Positions 25,693 through 35,276 of a DNA stretch of 64,000 bases are shown piece after piece. Numbering within the stretch: position 1 is the first letter of the stretch; every line of letters starts with the position of its first letter. The stretch spans positions 2,779 through 66,778 of the forward strand of contig JBGTES010000008.1 in assembly GCA_041747675.1 (NCBI GenBank), in the 5' to 3' direction. Made by a program: the position numbers and the translations under genes. This stretch comes from Flavobacteriales bacterium (lineage in GTDB: Bacteria > Bacteroidota > Bacteroidia > Flavobacteriales_F > PHOS-HE28). Under the pieces are notes generated by a model, which was not told the DNA's origin, searched no databases, and saw only the letters and a list, made by a program, of their open reading frames with translations.

Positions 25693-26676
25693 CTAACCTG
25701 GCATTTCCTCCCCCGGCCGGTACACCGTCTTCTCGATGAGGCGCTGTACCGGTCCAAGGCTGTGCAGGTAGCGATAGAGCGCCTTCAGATCGATCGTGTC
25801 CATCTGTGAGAAAGCGCCCCAGGGCATGGGCGTGCCTTGGATCAACCGGCCCGCCTTGAATCGGCGGATGAAGGTCTCTTCATCCCAATGTGCCATTACG
25901 CCAGTCCCGGGATCCGGGGTGATGTTCGGCGACATGTGCCCGTGGCCCTCGCTGAATTCGTCGGGCATGAAGAACATGCCGCCGGCGAAGTCCTTGCCGA
26001 CGAACTCCCCCGTGGTCAGGTCGCGCTCGGTGTGGCATCCTGCGCAGTTGGCCACGCTGTTGGCGAGATAACGGCCGTATTCCGCAGTGCTGTCGCGCTG
26101 CACACGCGCGGGTGGTGTGTTCTTCGGCCCCAGTGGGGTGTAGCCCGTGGCGGTGAAGATGGCCTTACCCAGGAAGCTGTACTCAGAGCGCGGCACATGG
26201 TGCTTCACCGGTGGTTGCGAGCGCAGGAAGGAGATCACTGCCGTGAGGTCCTCGTCACTCAGTTCCTGGAAAGGCATGAACTCCATGAGGATCGCACCGT
26301 CGTGTGCCACTGAATAGCGCAGGGCGCGGGCCAGTTGTGCGTCGGACCAGGTGCCGATGCCGGTCTCCTCATCCGGTGTGAGGTTCGGTGCATGGAAGGT
26401 GCCGAGGGGGAAGGTGATCTCCCAGCCACCACTCAGGGGAAGCACCTCCTGCCCGTTCTCCACGGCCATGATCTTGTCCATGGGCATGTGGCAGGTGGCG
26501 CAATGTGCGGGACCGTAGGCGAGGTAGCGACCACGTTCGATCAGCGCGGGATCCGTGCTGGCGTGTAGGTCCGGGAGCGGTGCTTCATGTGCCTTGCCCC
26601 AGGCGATGTTCACGTACACGACGAAGCCGATGACGATGACGGCAAGGACGGCGATGATCTTCAACAGGATCTTCAT
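25693..26676 (-). CDS. Membrane-anchored di-haem c-type cytochrome
   Basis: The N-terminal TM is MKILLKIIAVLAVIVIGFVVYV. There are two CXXCH haem sites (CATCH and CAGCH), each followed downstream by a Met-containing region. Confidence 0.85.
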   Translation of the reverse strand: MKILLKIIAVLAVIVIGFVVYVNIAWGKAHEAPLPDLHASTDPALIERGRYLAYGPAHCATCHMPMDKIMAVENGQEVLPLSGGWEITFPLGTFHAPNLTPDEETGIGTWSDAQLARALRYSVAHDGAILMEFMPFQELSDEDLTAVISFLRSQPPVKHHVPRSEYSFLGKAIFTATGYTPLGPKNTPPARVQRDSTAEYGRYLANSVANCAGCHTERDLTTGEFVGKDFAGGMFFMPDEFSEGHGHMSPNITPDPGTGVMAHWDEETFIRRFKAGRLIQGTPMPWGAFSQMDTIDLKALYRYLHSLGPVQRLIEKTVYRPGEEMPG

Positions 26677-26706
26677 GGGAAGGTGGTTCGGTGGTGCTGA
26701 GATCGA

Positions 26707-29130
26707 TCAGGCGTTGAGGATGACGCGTCCGGAACTTCCGTCCACGGTCACCGTGCTTCCATCCGTTATCCACTGCGTGGCGCCATCGGTGTTCACCACG
26801 GCGGGTATGCCGAACTCGCGGGCGATGATGGCCGGGTGGCTGAGCATGCCTCCCTCGTCGGTGACCAAGGCGCCCACACGGCCGAAGACCATGCTCCACT
26901 CGCCGCTGGTGATGCGGCACACCATGACGTCGCCGGGCAGCACGCGGTGGAAGTCCTGCGGCCCGGTGATCACGCGTGCGGTCCCGGTGTAGGTGCCTGC
27001 GCTCGCCGGTTGACCGACCAACATCCCGTCCGTTCGCTCCGTTGCATCAGGCGCGGTCATCTCCACCTCTATCATCCATCCGAAGAGGCGGAAGAGTTTG
27101 CGCAACGGTGGCGGGAACGGGTCTGCGGGTGGCATGGGCGCTTCGGGTGGGCCATATACGCGTGGCCCCCGGTTGAACTTCGCCCATTGCTCCTCACCGC
27201 GTCGCCGATCGATGCGTGCGTTCATATCCGGCAGCTCGCCCAGGAAGGCGGGTTCCAGTTCCCCGGGCTTCAGGTAGAAGAGGTGTCCGGGTTCCTTCAG
27301 CCCGTTCATGCGTCGGCCCATCTCCAACAGGTGCAGGCGCAGCATGCCGAAGATGGTGGCAATGGTGTAGAAGCCATTCTCGTCGCGGTAACTATACCCG
27401 CGCTTCGCCCAGGTGGCCAGGTCCTCGAATTCCGCAAGCAAGGGTGTTCCCGCGAGCTTCGCGCGCGCCGCTGCGTGCAATTGCTCGCGTTCGGCATCCA
27501 CGGCTTTGGCAGGATCGGGCCTTCCTTCTGCGATGCCGGTGAGGATGTCGCGCACCTGCCGCTCCACCAGTTCAGGCGTTTCACCCAAGGTAGGGTTGTA
27601 CAGATCGTAGTGCTGGATCCGCAAGCGGTTGGCATGTTTCCACGCATCGAGCTCGGATCTGAATGCAGGCTTCGCAGCGATCGCAGCCACAAAGTCCTGG
27701 GTCATTGAAGCCACTAACGCCTTCGCCTCGGAAGCGTTGAAGTGCGCCTTGCAGATCGCCGTGAGTTCATCGTGGACCGCCGTGGTGGCCTTGCTCCAGC
27801 CGCCCATGGCGCGAAAGACGGTGGCGTTGTCCCAGCCGAGGTGGTCCCTGGTGAACAGCCCGAATTCGCAGATCGCGAGCCAGTTGCCCATCGTTTGCGC
27901 ATGCACGCGCAAGCCGTCCCGGAAATGCTCCTTCAGTTCCCGGTAGGAGACCAGCAATGCCGCATCATCCAGCGCGCTCAGTCCTTCGGGATCGAAGCGC
28001 GCGAGCCGCTGTTGGAAGTATGGCTTCCATTTCTCTTCCCACACGCGCATCTCCGCATGGTGCGGCTTCTCCCGGAAGATGCCACCGGCCTGCTTGTTCA
28101 TCTTGCGCATCATGGGCAGCAAGCGCGCCACCAGCCACATCACCCAGTTGGGCGGAGTGCCTTTCTGTTCGCCACCCTCCATGGCGAACTGCGTATAGAG
28201 GTGACCACCGATCATGCGCGACTGGACGACCTTGATGGGCATGGCGTAGGTGCGCATCGCTCCGGTCTGTGCCGCATCGTAGTCCGCGCAGAAGAGCCCG
28301 AAGCCCATGGGCGAGAGCGTGGTGTGGTGGTCGTTACGGGTCCAGGTGCCGGGCGGGATCTCCAAGGGGATGGGGATCGGTTCGGGCGGCAGCGCGGTGA
28401 TGGGACGCGATTGAAGGATGAAGAGCGTGTCCCCGTGAAATGCCCACTCCACGTCCTGCGGCGCACCGGATCGCGTTTCGAGCTGCTTCACGGTGGCGGC
28501 GAGTTCTTTCGCGTGCGCATCGCTGAGCACGATCCCGCCTTTCCCATTCCGTGTGACATTTCCATCCTTCACTTTCACTTCCTCGGGCGTCACTTCGCCG
28601 CTCACGAGTTTGTCGCCCAGGCCTTCCACCGCGTTGATCAGCACTTCGTCCCGTACACCTGTGATGGGATCCGCAGAGAAGGCCACGCCCGCCGTGGTCG
28701 CTTGCACTTGCTGCTGCACGATGATGGCGATGGGCTGCGTGCCGACCATGCCATAGGCCTTCACCTGCGCCGAGGAGGCGGAATCCCGGCAGGAACGAAG
28801 CGCGGTGGCCAACGCTTCGCGGCCGCGCACGTTGAGGACGGTCTCGAACTGCCCGGCGAAGCTGTGGTCCGCGCCATCCTCGGCGATGCCGGAGCTGCGC
28901 ACGGCGAGTGGCGCATCGCCCCACGCCACCACCGTTTCGTGGATCGCATCCACCAGTTCTTCGGTGACGCCATCCTGCACCGCATCGCAGGGAATTACGA
29001 TTCCCTTCGGCACACGCATACCGAAAGCGATGGCGCTGGCGAGGTGTTTCGCCTTGCCGCCCACCTCGTTGATCGGGTTGTGCAGGCATTCCTCGAGTGT
29101 GAGCGTGCGGGTCATGGTCAGGGGTCTCAT
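26707..29130 (-). CDS. PEP-utilising enzyme with ATP-grasp N-domain and a C-terminal swivelling His domain (rifampicin-phosphotransferase-like architecture)
   Basis: N-terminal PPDK_N-like motifs are GGKAKHLASAIAFGMRVPKG and LAVRSSGIAEDGADHSFAGQFETVLNV. The extreme C-terminus carries the mobile His domain TDEGGMLSHPAIIAREFGIPAVV. No PEP/pyruvate TIM-barrel domain follows it. The start overlaps the TetR stop (ATGA). Confidence 0.8.
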   Translation of the reverse strand: MRPLTMTRTLTLEECLHNPINEVGGKAKHLASAIAFGMRVPKGIVIPCDAVQDGVTEELVDAIHETVVAWGDAPLAVRSSGIAEDGADHSFAGQFETVLNVRGREALATALRSCRDSASSAQVKAYGMVGTQPIAIIVQQQVQATTAGVAFSADPITGVRDEVLINAVEGLGDKLVSGEVTPEEVKVKDGNVTRNGKGGIVLSDAHAKELAATVKQLETRSGAPQDVEWAFHGDTLFILQSRPITALPPEPIPIPLEIPPGTWTRNDHHTTLSPMGFGLFCADYDAAQTGAMRTYAMPIKVVQSRMIGGHLYTQFAMEGGEQKGTPPNWVMWLVARLLPMMRKMNKQAGGIFREKPHHAEMRVWEEKWKPYFQQRLARFDPEGLSALDDAALLVSYRELKEHFRDGLRVHAQTMGNWLAICEFGLFTRDHLGWDNATVFRAMGGWSKATTAVHDELTAICKAHFNASEAKALVASMTQDFVAAIAAKPAFRSELDAWKHANRLRIQHYDLYNPTLGETPELVERQVRDILTGIAEGRPDPAKAVDAEREQLHAAARAKLAGTPLLAEFEDLATWAKRGYSYRDENGFYTIATIFGMLRLHLLEMGRRMNGLKEPGHLFYLKPGELEPAFLGELPDMNARIDRRRGEEQWAKFNRGPRVYGPPEAPMPPADPFPPPLRKLFRLFGWMIEVEMTAPDATERTDGMLVGQPASAGTYTGTARVITGPQDFHRVLPGDVMVCRITSGEWSMVFGRVGALVTDEGGMLSHPAIIAREFGIPAVVNTDGATQWITDGSTVTVDGSSGRVILNA

Positions 29131-29780
29131 GGCTTCAGCAGTTTCAGGATCGCGTTGAAGGTGGTGTGGAAGGTGTCGCCGGGCCGGGCGGGGTCGATGC
29201 GCAGGCCCACCATACCCGATCCCTGGAAGAGCGAACCGAAAAGGATGGCCTGGCTCTCTGCGGTCATGTCCGTGCGGAAGTCTCCGGCCTTGCGCGCTTT
29301 CAGCACATGGCCGCGGAAGAATTCACCGAGACTGTAGTTGATATCGAGGCCCACCGTACTGCCATCAGGATACAGGGCCAGCTTCTCCGCATCGCTGAGC
29401 AGGGGGCGTAGCTCGCCGCTGATCTGCATGCTGTTCACGCTGAAGTAGTAGCCGAACAGGTTGATGTGTTCGTTGAAGTGCATTGCCATGTCATTGAAGA
29501 GGAAGCGCAACGCGGCGATCCCTTCCAGGCGCTTCAGCAGGCAGTCGGCCTTCACGCTATAGATCCATACGGTGCTGTGGTACCAGAGCAGGGCATCCTT
29601 GGTGGGGAAGTACTTGAAGAAGGTGACCTTGCTGATCATCGCCTTCTCGCAGAGTTCCTCCACGCCGATCTCGTGGAAGCCGCGCTTCTGCAACTCCTTT
29701 GTGAGCAGGTCCACCAGGCCGATCTTCAGTTGGGCGGCCTTCCGTTCCCGCAATCCCGGCTGCGCGATGGTGCTCGACAT
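29127..29780 (-). CDS. TetR/AcrR family transcriptional regulator
   Basis: The HTH region reads RERKAAQLKIGLVDLLTKELQKRGFHEIGVEELCEKAMISKVTFFKYFPTKDALL. The ATG at 29780 (MSSTIAQ...) is preferred over the TTG at 29789. Confidence 0.85.
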   Translation of the reverse strand: MSSTIAQPGLRERKAAQLKIGLVDLLTKELQKRGFHEIGVEELCEKAMISKVTFFKYFPTKDALLWYHSTVWIYSVKADCLLKRLEGIAALRFLFNDMAMHFNEHINLFGYYFSVNSMQISGELRPLLSDAEKLALYPDGSTVGLDINYSLGEFFRGHVLKARKAGDFRTDMTAESQAILFGSLFQGSGMVGLRIDPARPGDTFHTTFNAILKLLKP

Positions 29781-29921
29781 ACTGTGCAATGGTTAAATAG
29801 TGAACAAAGGTAAAGAAATAGTTTTCGAACAAGCAAATGGTTCCGGCATGATGGACATCCCGGCCCAGTGCATGAGGGCTCCAGGGTGACTCTCCGGCGG
29901 GATAGGTTTGATGCCGGGGGG

Positions 29922-30278
29922 CTATAGATCCGGGTTCCTCTTCGGCTTATCCAGCCCTTGCAGGAACCCTTGCACGATGCTGAGGATGATGCTGAAGCCC
30001 AGCGCCCACCACCAGCCATCCACCTGGAACCCGTCCACGATCCGGGCGGCGAGCATCACCATGCACGCATTGATCACAAAGAGGAAAAGTCCCAGGGTGA
30101 TCACGCTGACGGGCAGGGTGAGCAGGACCAGCACGGGACGTAGGAAGGTGTTCAGCAACCCCAACACCACTGCGACCAGTAGGCCGCTCAAGAAATCCTC
30201 GGCATGCACGCCAGGCAGCAGCAGGTCCGTGACGAGTACCGCAATGGTGGAGATGATCAGGCGGATGAGGAGGTCCAT
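29922..30278 (-). CDS. Small 4-TM membrane protein, YvlD/DUF360 ('phage holin 4_2') family
   Basis: MDLLIRLIISTIAVLVTDLLLPGVH...LGLLNTFLRPVLVLLTLPVSVITLGLFLFVINACMVMLAA is the characteristic pattern of this family. Confidence 0.65.
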   Translation of the reverse strand: MDLLIRLIISTIAVLVTDLLLPGVHAEDFLSGLLVAVVLGLLNTFLRPVLVLLTLPVSVITLGLFLFVINACMVMLAARIVDGFQVDGWWWALGFSIILSIVQGFLQGLDKPKRNPDL

Positions 30279-30333
30279 GGGCGAAAAGTAAGAAAGGACC
30301 CGAAGGCCCTTTCTTCATTGCGGTCGATCCGCT

Positions 30334-31821
30334 TCACTGCTTCACCACTTTCGCCGTGGCGGCCCTGCCTTCCTGCTGGATGACGATGAAGTAGCTGCCG
30401 GCCGCCTTGTCGCTGATGTCGATGGCCCGCTCGTAGCGCCCTTGGAAGCCCATAATGGATTCCTCGTAGACGCGTTCCCCGGTGGCGTCGTGCAGCAGCA
30501 CACGCAGGTCGCCGCGCCCTGGGGCGGTGAAACGCAGCCATACGCGGTCGCTGGCGGGGTTCGGGAATACGCGCAGATCCTCCAACTGTAGCTCCTGATC
30601 CAATCCGGCCACGCCCCTGGCACGCAGCAGGGCCTTCTCTTCCTCGGAAAGTGAACGCGCCGCGATGGTCACGCGCATCTCCTTGCGGATCTCGCTGCCC
30701 AGTTCGCGGCCCAGCTGGCGCATTTCCTCGCGCAGTTGCTCCATCTCTTTGCGCAATTCCTCGCGATCCTCCGGTAGGAAACCCTCGAAGTGGAAGTCGC
30801 GCATGCCTGGCATGTCATCGCCCATGGTGCGGAAGCGCGTCATCGCGGGACGTCCTCCCATGGCGCCCTTCAGGGTTACCTCCCTGCCTTCGCGTAACAC
30901 CACGATCGTGGCCTCGTCACCGGGCTTCATCTCGCGGATGGATCCACGCAAGGAGTTGAAATCGGCGACGACCTTTCCGTTGATGGACTTCACGACATCG
31001 CCTACCTGCATGCCCATCTGTTCAGCTGCCGAGCCTTCTTCCACACTGCCGATGCCTGCGCCGCTTTCCGAACCTTCTTCCGAAGGAGTAACACCCAGAA
31101 AGGCACGCTCCTCGCCGGTCTGTTCCATCCACTTGCTGTCATTCAAGCGCTGCGCAGGGCCACTGCCATACTGGAACGCGTAGGCATCACGCTTTTTTTC
31201 CGCCAGCACAACTTCGCCTGTCCGCTTCTTCGCGCCCCGGTACCATGTGATCTTCACCTTGTCGCCCGGCGCATGCGCACGGATGGCCTCTGTGAGTTGC
31301 CGTGGGCCTTCAATGGCCTTGTCATCCACTGACACGATCACGTCATCCGCCAGAAGGCCGAGTTCCTTCGCTGGACTGTCCTCCATGACTTCCAGTATGT
31401 GTGCGCCAGCCTTCACGGGCACCTTGGTGCGATCCTGTTTCTCCTCGTCAAGCGGCGAGGTGCTGACACCCAGGTAACCCACCGGTTTGCTGTTGTCACT
31501 CATTCGCTGGGCCCAAAGCGTCATGTCCATGGCCCGTTGGGTGGCGTCGCCGGCCATGCGTCGTATATCGATCGTCACCTGTTCCCCATCGGTGTCCAAT
31601 TTGAATTCACCCAGGACGCCCATTTCACGCAGGGCATCCTCAATGGCCTGTTCATCGGCCTGGTCCAGTTCCACACGCTTGGTGGTGGTCTCGCCGTTCT
31701 CGGTCACGATCATCTCGATGGTGACCTTGCGTTCCGGCGTGGGACTCTGTGCCTTCGCAGGTTTCGGTCCGGCGAATACGACGGCGAGCAGCAGCAGTGG
31801 GAGGAGTCGGCGAAGCTTCAT
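30334..31821 (-). CDS. Secreted double-PDZ domain protein with T9SS C-terminal sorting domain
   Basis: Signal is MKLRRLLPLLLLAVVFAGPKPAKAQ. The two PDZ-like segments are GAHILEVMEDSPAKELGLLADDVIVSVDDKAI and GAGIGSVEEGSAAEQMGMQVGDVVKSINGKVV. The CTD reads VFPNPASDRVWLRF...GSYFIVIQQEGRAATAKVVKQ. Confidence 0.8.
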   Translation of the reverse strand: MKLRRLLPLLLLAVVFAGPKPAKAQSPTPERKVTIEMIVTENGETTTKRVELDQADEQAIEDALREMGVLGEFKLDTDGEQVTIDIRRMAGDATQRAMDMTLWAQRMSDNSKPVGYLGVSTSPLDEEKQDRTKVPVKAGAHILEVMEDSPAKELGLLADDVIVSVDDKAIEGPRQLTEAIRAHAPGDKVKITWYRGAKKRTGEVVLAEKKRDAYAFQYGSGPAQRLNDSKWMEQTGEERAFLGVTPSEEGSESGAGIGSVEEGSAAEQMGMQVGDVVKSINGKVVADFNSLRGSIREMKPGDEATIVVLREGREVTLKGAMGGRPAMTRFRTMGDDMPGMRDFHFEGFLPEDREELRKEMEQLREEMRQLGRELGSEIRKEMRVTIAARSLSEEEKALLRARGVAGLDQELQLEDLRVFPNPASDRVWLRFTAPGRGDLRVLLHDATGERVYEESIMGFQGRYERAIDISDKAAGSYFIVIQQEGRAATAKVVKQ

Positions 31822-31913
31822 GGCGATCGTGTTGGATGCCCGAAACTAATCTCCCGGCCATGGGGATGGGCTGTTAACGAACATGAAGAAGTGTTAAGCT
31901 GGTGATGGAACGT

Positions 31914-32279
31914 TCAACTTTCGTCGAACCGTTGCAGATCTCGCCGGTCCCGTTTCGTGGGCCGGCCAGACCCAGGCTCCCGATGCTGGGCGCGCACCAG
32001 TCGGGCCATTTCCAGCTTCTCCAGGTCTTCGTACGATGTCCGTTCCGCGATCAGGTCCTGCACCATCTTGGGCCCCACACGTGAGCTTGGCATTGCGATG
32101 ATCTCCCAGCTGCGCCAGATGGGCGGCGTTCGCACAGCAAAGCTGTCGCCCACCTTCACCTCCGTGGAAGGCTTCACCACCCGCCCGTTCAGCATGACCT
32201 GTTCGCGCCGCAGGGCATCGGTGGCCAGGCTGCGGGTCTTGAAGAGGCGCACGCACCAGAGGAATTTGTCGAGGCGCAT
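31914..32279 (-). CDS. hslR: S4-domain RNA-binding protein, Hsp15-like
   Basis: The ATG at 32279 gives MRLDKFLWCVRLFKTRSLATDALRREQVMLNGRVVKPSTEVKVGD, followed by a basic C-terminal tail. The symbol is tentative. Confidence 0.7.
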   Translation of the reverse strand: MRLDKFLWCVRLFKTRSLATDALRREQVMLNGRVVKPSTEVKVGDSFAVRTPPIWRSWEIIAMPSSRVGPKMVQDLIAERTSYEDLEKLEMARLVRAQHREPGSGRPTKRDRRDLQRFDES

Positions 32280-32435
32280 GGCACAAAGAACGGCAGGGGA
32301 GGAGGTGGGATGCCATGCGATCATGATCACGAGGTGAGCACTCACCGCTTCAGCGTAGCGCATGTAACTTCGTCACGAAGCAGCGCCCCGGCTCTTCATT
32401 GCGTCTTAGCGATCAAAACCCAAACTCCTCGGCAC

Positions 32436-33023
32436 ATGAGACATACCGCTACACTTCTTTTCCTTTTAACCTGCCCGGCCCTGTTCGCGCAGTCCATCAC
32501 CACATCGGGCCTCGCCTTTGCCCCGGATCTGCTCACTGTACAAGCTGGCACTGAGATCTCCATTTCCATTAGTGGTGGGCACACCATGACCGAAGTGAGC
32601 GAAGCCACCTGGAATGCCAATGGTAACACCTCCAACGGCGGCTTCAATTTCAACCCGGGCAACCACACCCTTACCCTTACTGATCCGGGGACCTACTACT
32701 ACGTCTGCGCGTTACACAATGGAATGGGGATGAAGGGCCGGATCGTTGTGGAGACCAACACGAGCGTGGATGAACAGGCGGAGGCAGGCTTCTTCACGAT
32801 CTTCCCCAATCCTGCCAGCGAAGGGATCACGATCTCTCTTGGTGGCCAGCCCGGCATGACGATGCGCCTGATCGATGCACAAGGCCGGGAAGCACTCGTA
32901 CATCGTCTGGTGGGCGACGACCAGATCACCATTGCACACCTGGCCAAGGGTAGCTATACCGCGCTCCTGCACGACGCCCGCGGTGCCATCATCGCAAGGC
33001 GCCCGCTGACGATCACCCGCTGA
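32436..33023 (+). CDS. Plastocyanin/azurin-like type-1 copper protein (cupredoxin) with T9SS C-terminal sorting domain
   Basis: Signal is MRHTATLLFLLTCPALFAQ. The copper ligand pattern is GGHTM ... YYYVCALHNGMGMKGRIVV (Cys-X2-His-X4-Met). The CTD reads IFPNPASEGITISL...GSYTALLHDARGAIIARRPLTITR. Confidence 0.8.
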   Translation: MRHTATLLFLLTCPALFAQSITTSGLAFAPDLLTVQAGTEISISISGGHTMTEVSEATWNANGNTSNGGFNFNPGNHTLTLTDPGTYYYVCALHNGMGMKGRIVVETNTSVDEQAEAGFFTIFPNPASEGITISLGGQPGMTMRLIDAQGREALVHRLVGDDQITIAHLAKGSYTALLHDARGAIIARRPLTITR

Positions 33024-33073
33024 CCGGAACTTTGATCCTTGATGAGGGGGAACTACCTTGGCGGGACCAAGGC

Positions 33074-33724
33074 ATGTTCCCCCTCATCGCATCCGGACTG
33101 TTCGAGTACCTGCTGATCACCATGGCAGGGATCCTGGTGATCGTGAACCCGCTCACCACGGCCTTCGTATTTCTGGCGTTGGTGCCGGATGCTGAGGCGG
33201 ACGAACGCCGCGCCATCGCCCGGAAGGCCACGCTCACCGCGACGGGCATCCTGGTGACCTTCGCGTTGATGGGTGGGTTGATCTTCCACGTCTTCGGGAT
33301 CACGCTGCATGCCTTCCGCATCGCCGGTGGCATCATCCTGTTCGGGATCGCCATGGGCATGCTGGGCCGCCGCAGCGAACACAAGGGGATCAGCGGCACG
33401 GAACGCAATGATGTGTCCATCATCCCGCTGGCCATACCATTCATCAGCGGCCCCGGCAGCATCGCCACGGTGATGATGCTGATATCAGAAGCACCTTCGA
33501 TCTGGCATACCGGTGTGGTCTACCTCGCCATCATCATCACCACGGGGCTCACCTATTTCGCCATGGTGAACTCGCGCCATTTGGTGCGCTACATCGGTGC
33601 AACAGGCCTGCAGGTGATCACGCGCCTCTTTGGTTTGATCCTCGCCGTGCTGGCCGTGCAGTTCGTGATCAATGGCATCGTGGATCTGTTGCACGAGCAG
33701 TTGCCAGGGATGATCGAACCGTGA
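33074..33724 (+). CDS. MarC-family (UPF0056) integral membrane protein
   Basis: MFPLIASGLFEYLLITMAGILVIVNPLTTAFVFLAL... plus IPLAIPFISGPGSIATVM are classic MarC motifs. There are about 6 TM segments. Confidence 0.8.
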   Translation: MFPLIASGLFEYLLITMAGILVIVNPLTTAFVFLALVPDAEADERRAIARKATLTATGILVTFALMGGLIFHVFGITLHAFRIAGGIILFGIAMGMLGRRSEHKGISGTERNDVSIIPLAIPFISGPGSIATVMMLISEAPSIWHTGVVYLAIIITTGLTYFAMVNSRHLVRYIGATGLQVITRLFGLILAVLAVQFVINGIVDLLHEQLPGMIEP

Positions 33725-33818
33725 ACGGAATTGACCGGGGCTGCACTTGCCAGGTCGACCCGGTGGGTCGTCGCTAGAGGTGCAGCCCCGGGCCGTCGTA
33801 TCATGGAGCCACCGTCGC

Positions 33819-35156
33819 TCACCGCTTCACCGTCGCCCCCTGCGCCAACAGCTGATCGATGTCGTTGTTGATGCTGAGGATGAGCAGCGAGGTGGCCGTG
33901 CAGAACACCGGGCTGGTGATGCAGTGGTGACCCTGCCAGCTGCCATCATTGTTCTGGATCGCAAGCAGCCGGTCGGTGGTGGCACCATACCAGTTGCGCC
34001 AGCCGGCGTCCTTGGCGATGATCAGAGATTCTCCCGTCTGGAGGAAGCTGAGGAATTCCTCGCCGCCATTGTTGCCGAAACCGGTGAGCACCCGTTCATC
34101 CTGCGCCTGTTGCTTTGCTGAATTGTAGACCTGGTAGGCGGTGTTCAGCCGTTCGGCCTCACTGCGCGACAAGCCTGCTTCCTGCAGATTGTCCAGGCTC
34201 ACGGGTGCGTTGGCGGCGAGCTTGCCCTCCTTGCGGGCCCGCTCCACCTTCTCGCTGGCCTCGCGTGCTTCCACCGCCGCATTGCGCGTACTTCCACTTA
34301 CCGCGTAGAGCGTGATGCCCGCAGCACGTTCGGTGGCCACGGAACCCTTGTCCGCATCGAAGTTTCCCTTGTTGTAGGCGCGCGCCTGCTGCAATGCCTT
34401 TTCATCCACCACGGCACCCTGGGCTTTCGCGGATTCCAACGCACTGGCTGCGAAGGAGCTCTGCAGGACACCCGCCCAGCCGTCGCCCTTCATGCTGCCA
34501 TCCGTGTTCTGCGCCCGTTGGAGGATCCCCGTACAGATATTCATCGCCTGTAGCACACGGCCCTTCATGGCATGCTGACCATCGAGTTTCGCGCTGAGGT
34601 TGCTGAGGTACTGCGTGGTCAACGCCACATCGATGTTCGCGCCCAGCTTGCTCTGGATCTGGGTCCCCTTCAACTCGGTGATGTTCGTGGCGTGGGGACC
34701 GGCCTGTTCCACATGGCGCAGAAGATAGTCCGTGAGCTTCTTCAACTGCCCGCTGTATTGTCCCTTCGAAGGCGTACTACCCATGCGGAGGATGGCCATG
34801 CCCACCATGGCGGTGGTGGCGGGATCGGTGGCCACCGCGTGGGGGTCGCGGATGTCCTGCCGGGCATGGGCACCGGCACCATAGCCACCATCCTGCGACT
34901 GCGCACGCACCAGCCAGTCCAGGGCGCGTTGCTCAGCTTGCAGCACCGTGGCGGGCGTGGCCAGGATGAAGCTGCTGTCCAGGCCCGTGCCCTCGTATAC
35001 GGTCATGAACACACAGTGCGGATGTTCGTCCACCAAAGGAGGAACAGGGCAGTGCGCCACCCCCAGATGGGGCTCCTCACTGCGGAAAGAGGCGAGCAAC
35101 ACGATGGTGCCCGAGGTGGCCACCAGGGCCAATGCGATGAAGGTCTTGCGGTACAT
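33819..35156 (-). CDS. Secreted prenyltransferase/squalene-oxidase-repeat (alpha/alpha-toroid) protein
   Basis: Start MYRKTFIALALVATSGTIVLLASF. QW-type repeat motifs are LDWLVRAQSQDGGYGAG, RAQNTDGSMKGDGWAG and LLAIQNNDGSWQG. Confidence 0.6.
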   Translation of the reverse strand: MYRKTFIALALVATSGTIVLLASFRSEEPHLGVAHCPVPPLVDEHPHCVFMTVYEGTGLDSSFILATPATVLQAEQRALDWLVRAQSQDGGYGAGAHARQDIRDPHAVATDPATTAMVGMAILRMGSTPSKGQYSGQLKKLTDYLLRHVEQAGPHATNITELKGTQIQSKLGANIDVALTTQYLSNLSAKLDGQHAMKGRVLQAMNICTGILQRAQNTDGSMKGDGWAGVLQSSFAASALESAKAQGAVVDEKALQQARAYNKGNFDADKGSVATERAAGITLYAVSGSTRNAAVEAREASEKVERARKEGKLAANAPVSLDNLQEAGLSRSEAERLNTAYQVYNSAKQQAQDERVLTGFGNNGGEEFLSFLQTGESLIIAKDAGWRNWYGATTDRLLAIQNNDGSWQGHHCITSPVFCTATSLLILSINNDIDQLLAQGATVKR

Positions 35157-35276
35157 GGTCGAAAAGTTTTGTGGCACCTGCGCAGCGCCCCGGTGCCTGT
35201 TGTGGAAGCCCGTACACCCATGCCAGCGCCGGGTTCGATCCGGTCTCCCAAGCCCGACCTTTGCACTACCATCCCA

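Noticed and set aside
29922-30278. Is the 'phage holin 4_2' family membrane protein evidence of a prophage?
   Set aside because: There are no phage structural, lysis, integrase or terminase genes nearby. DUF360/YvlD proteins are common chromosomal membrane proteins.
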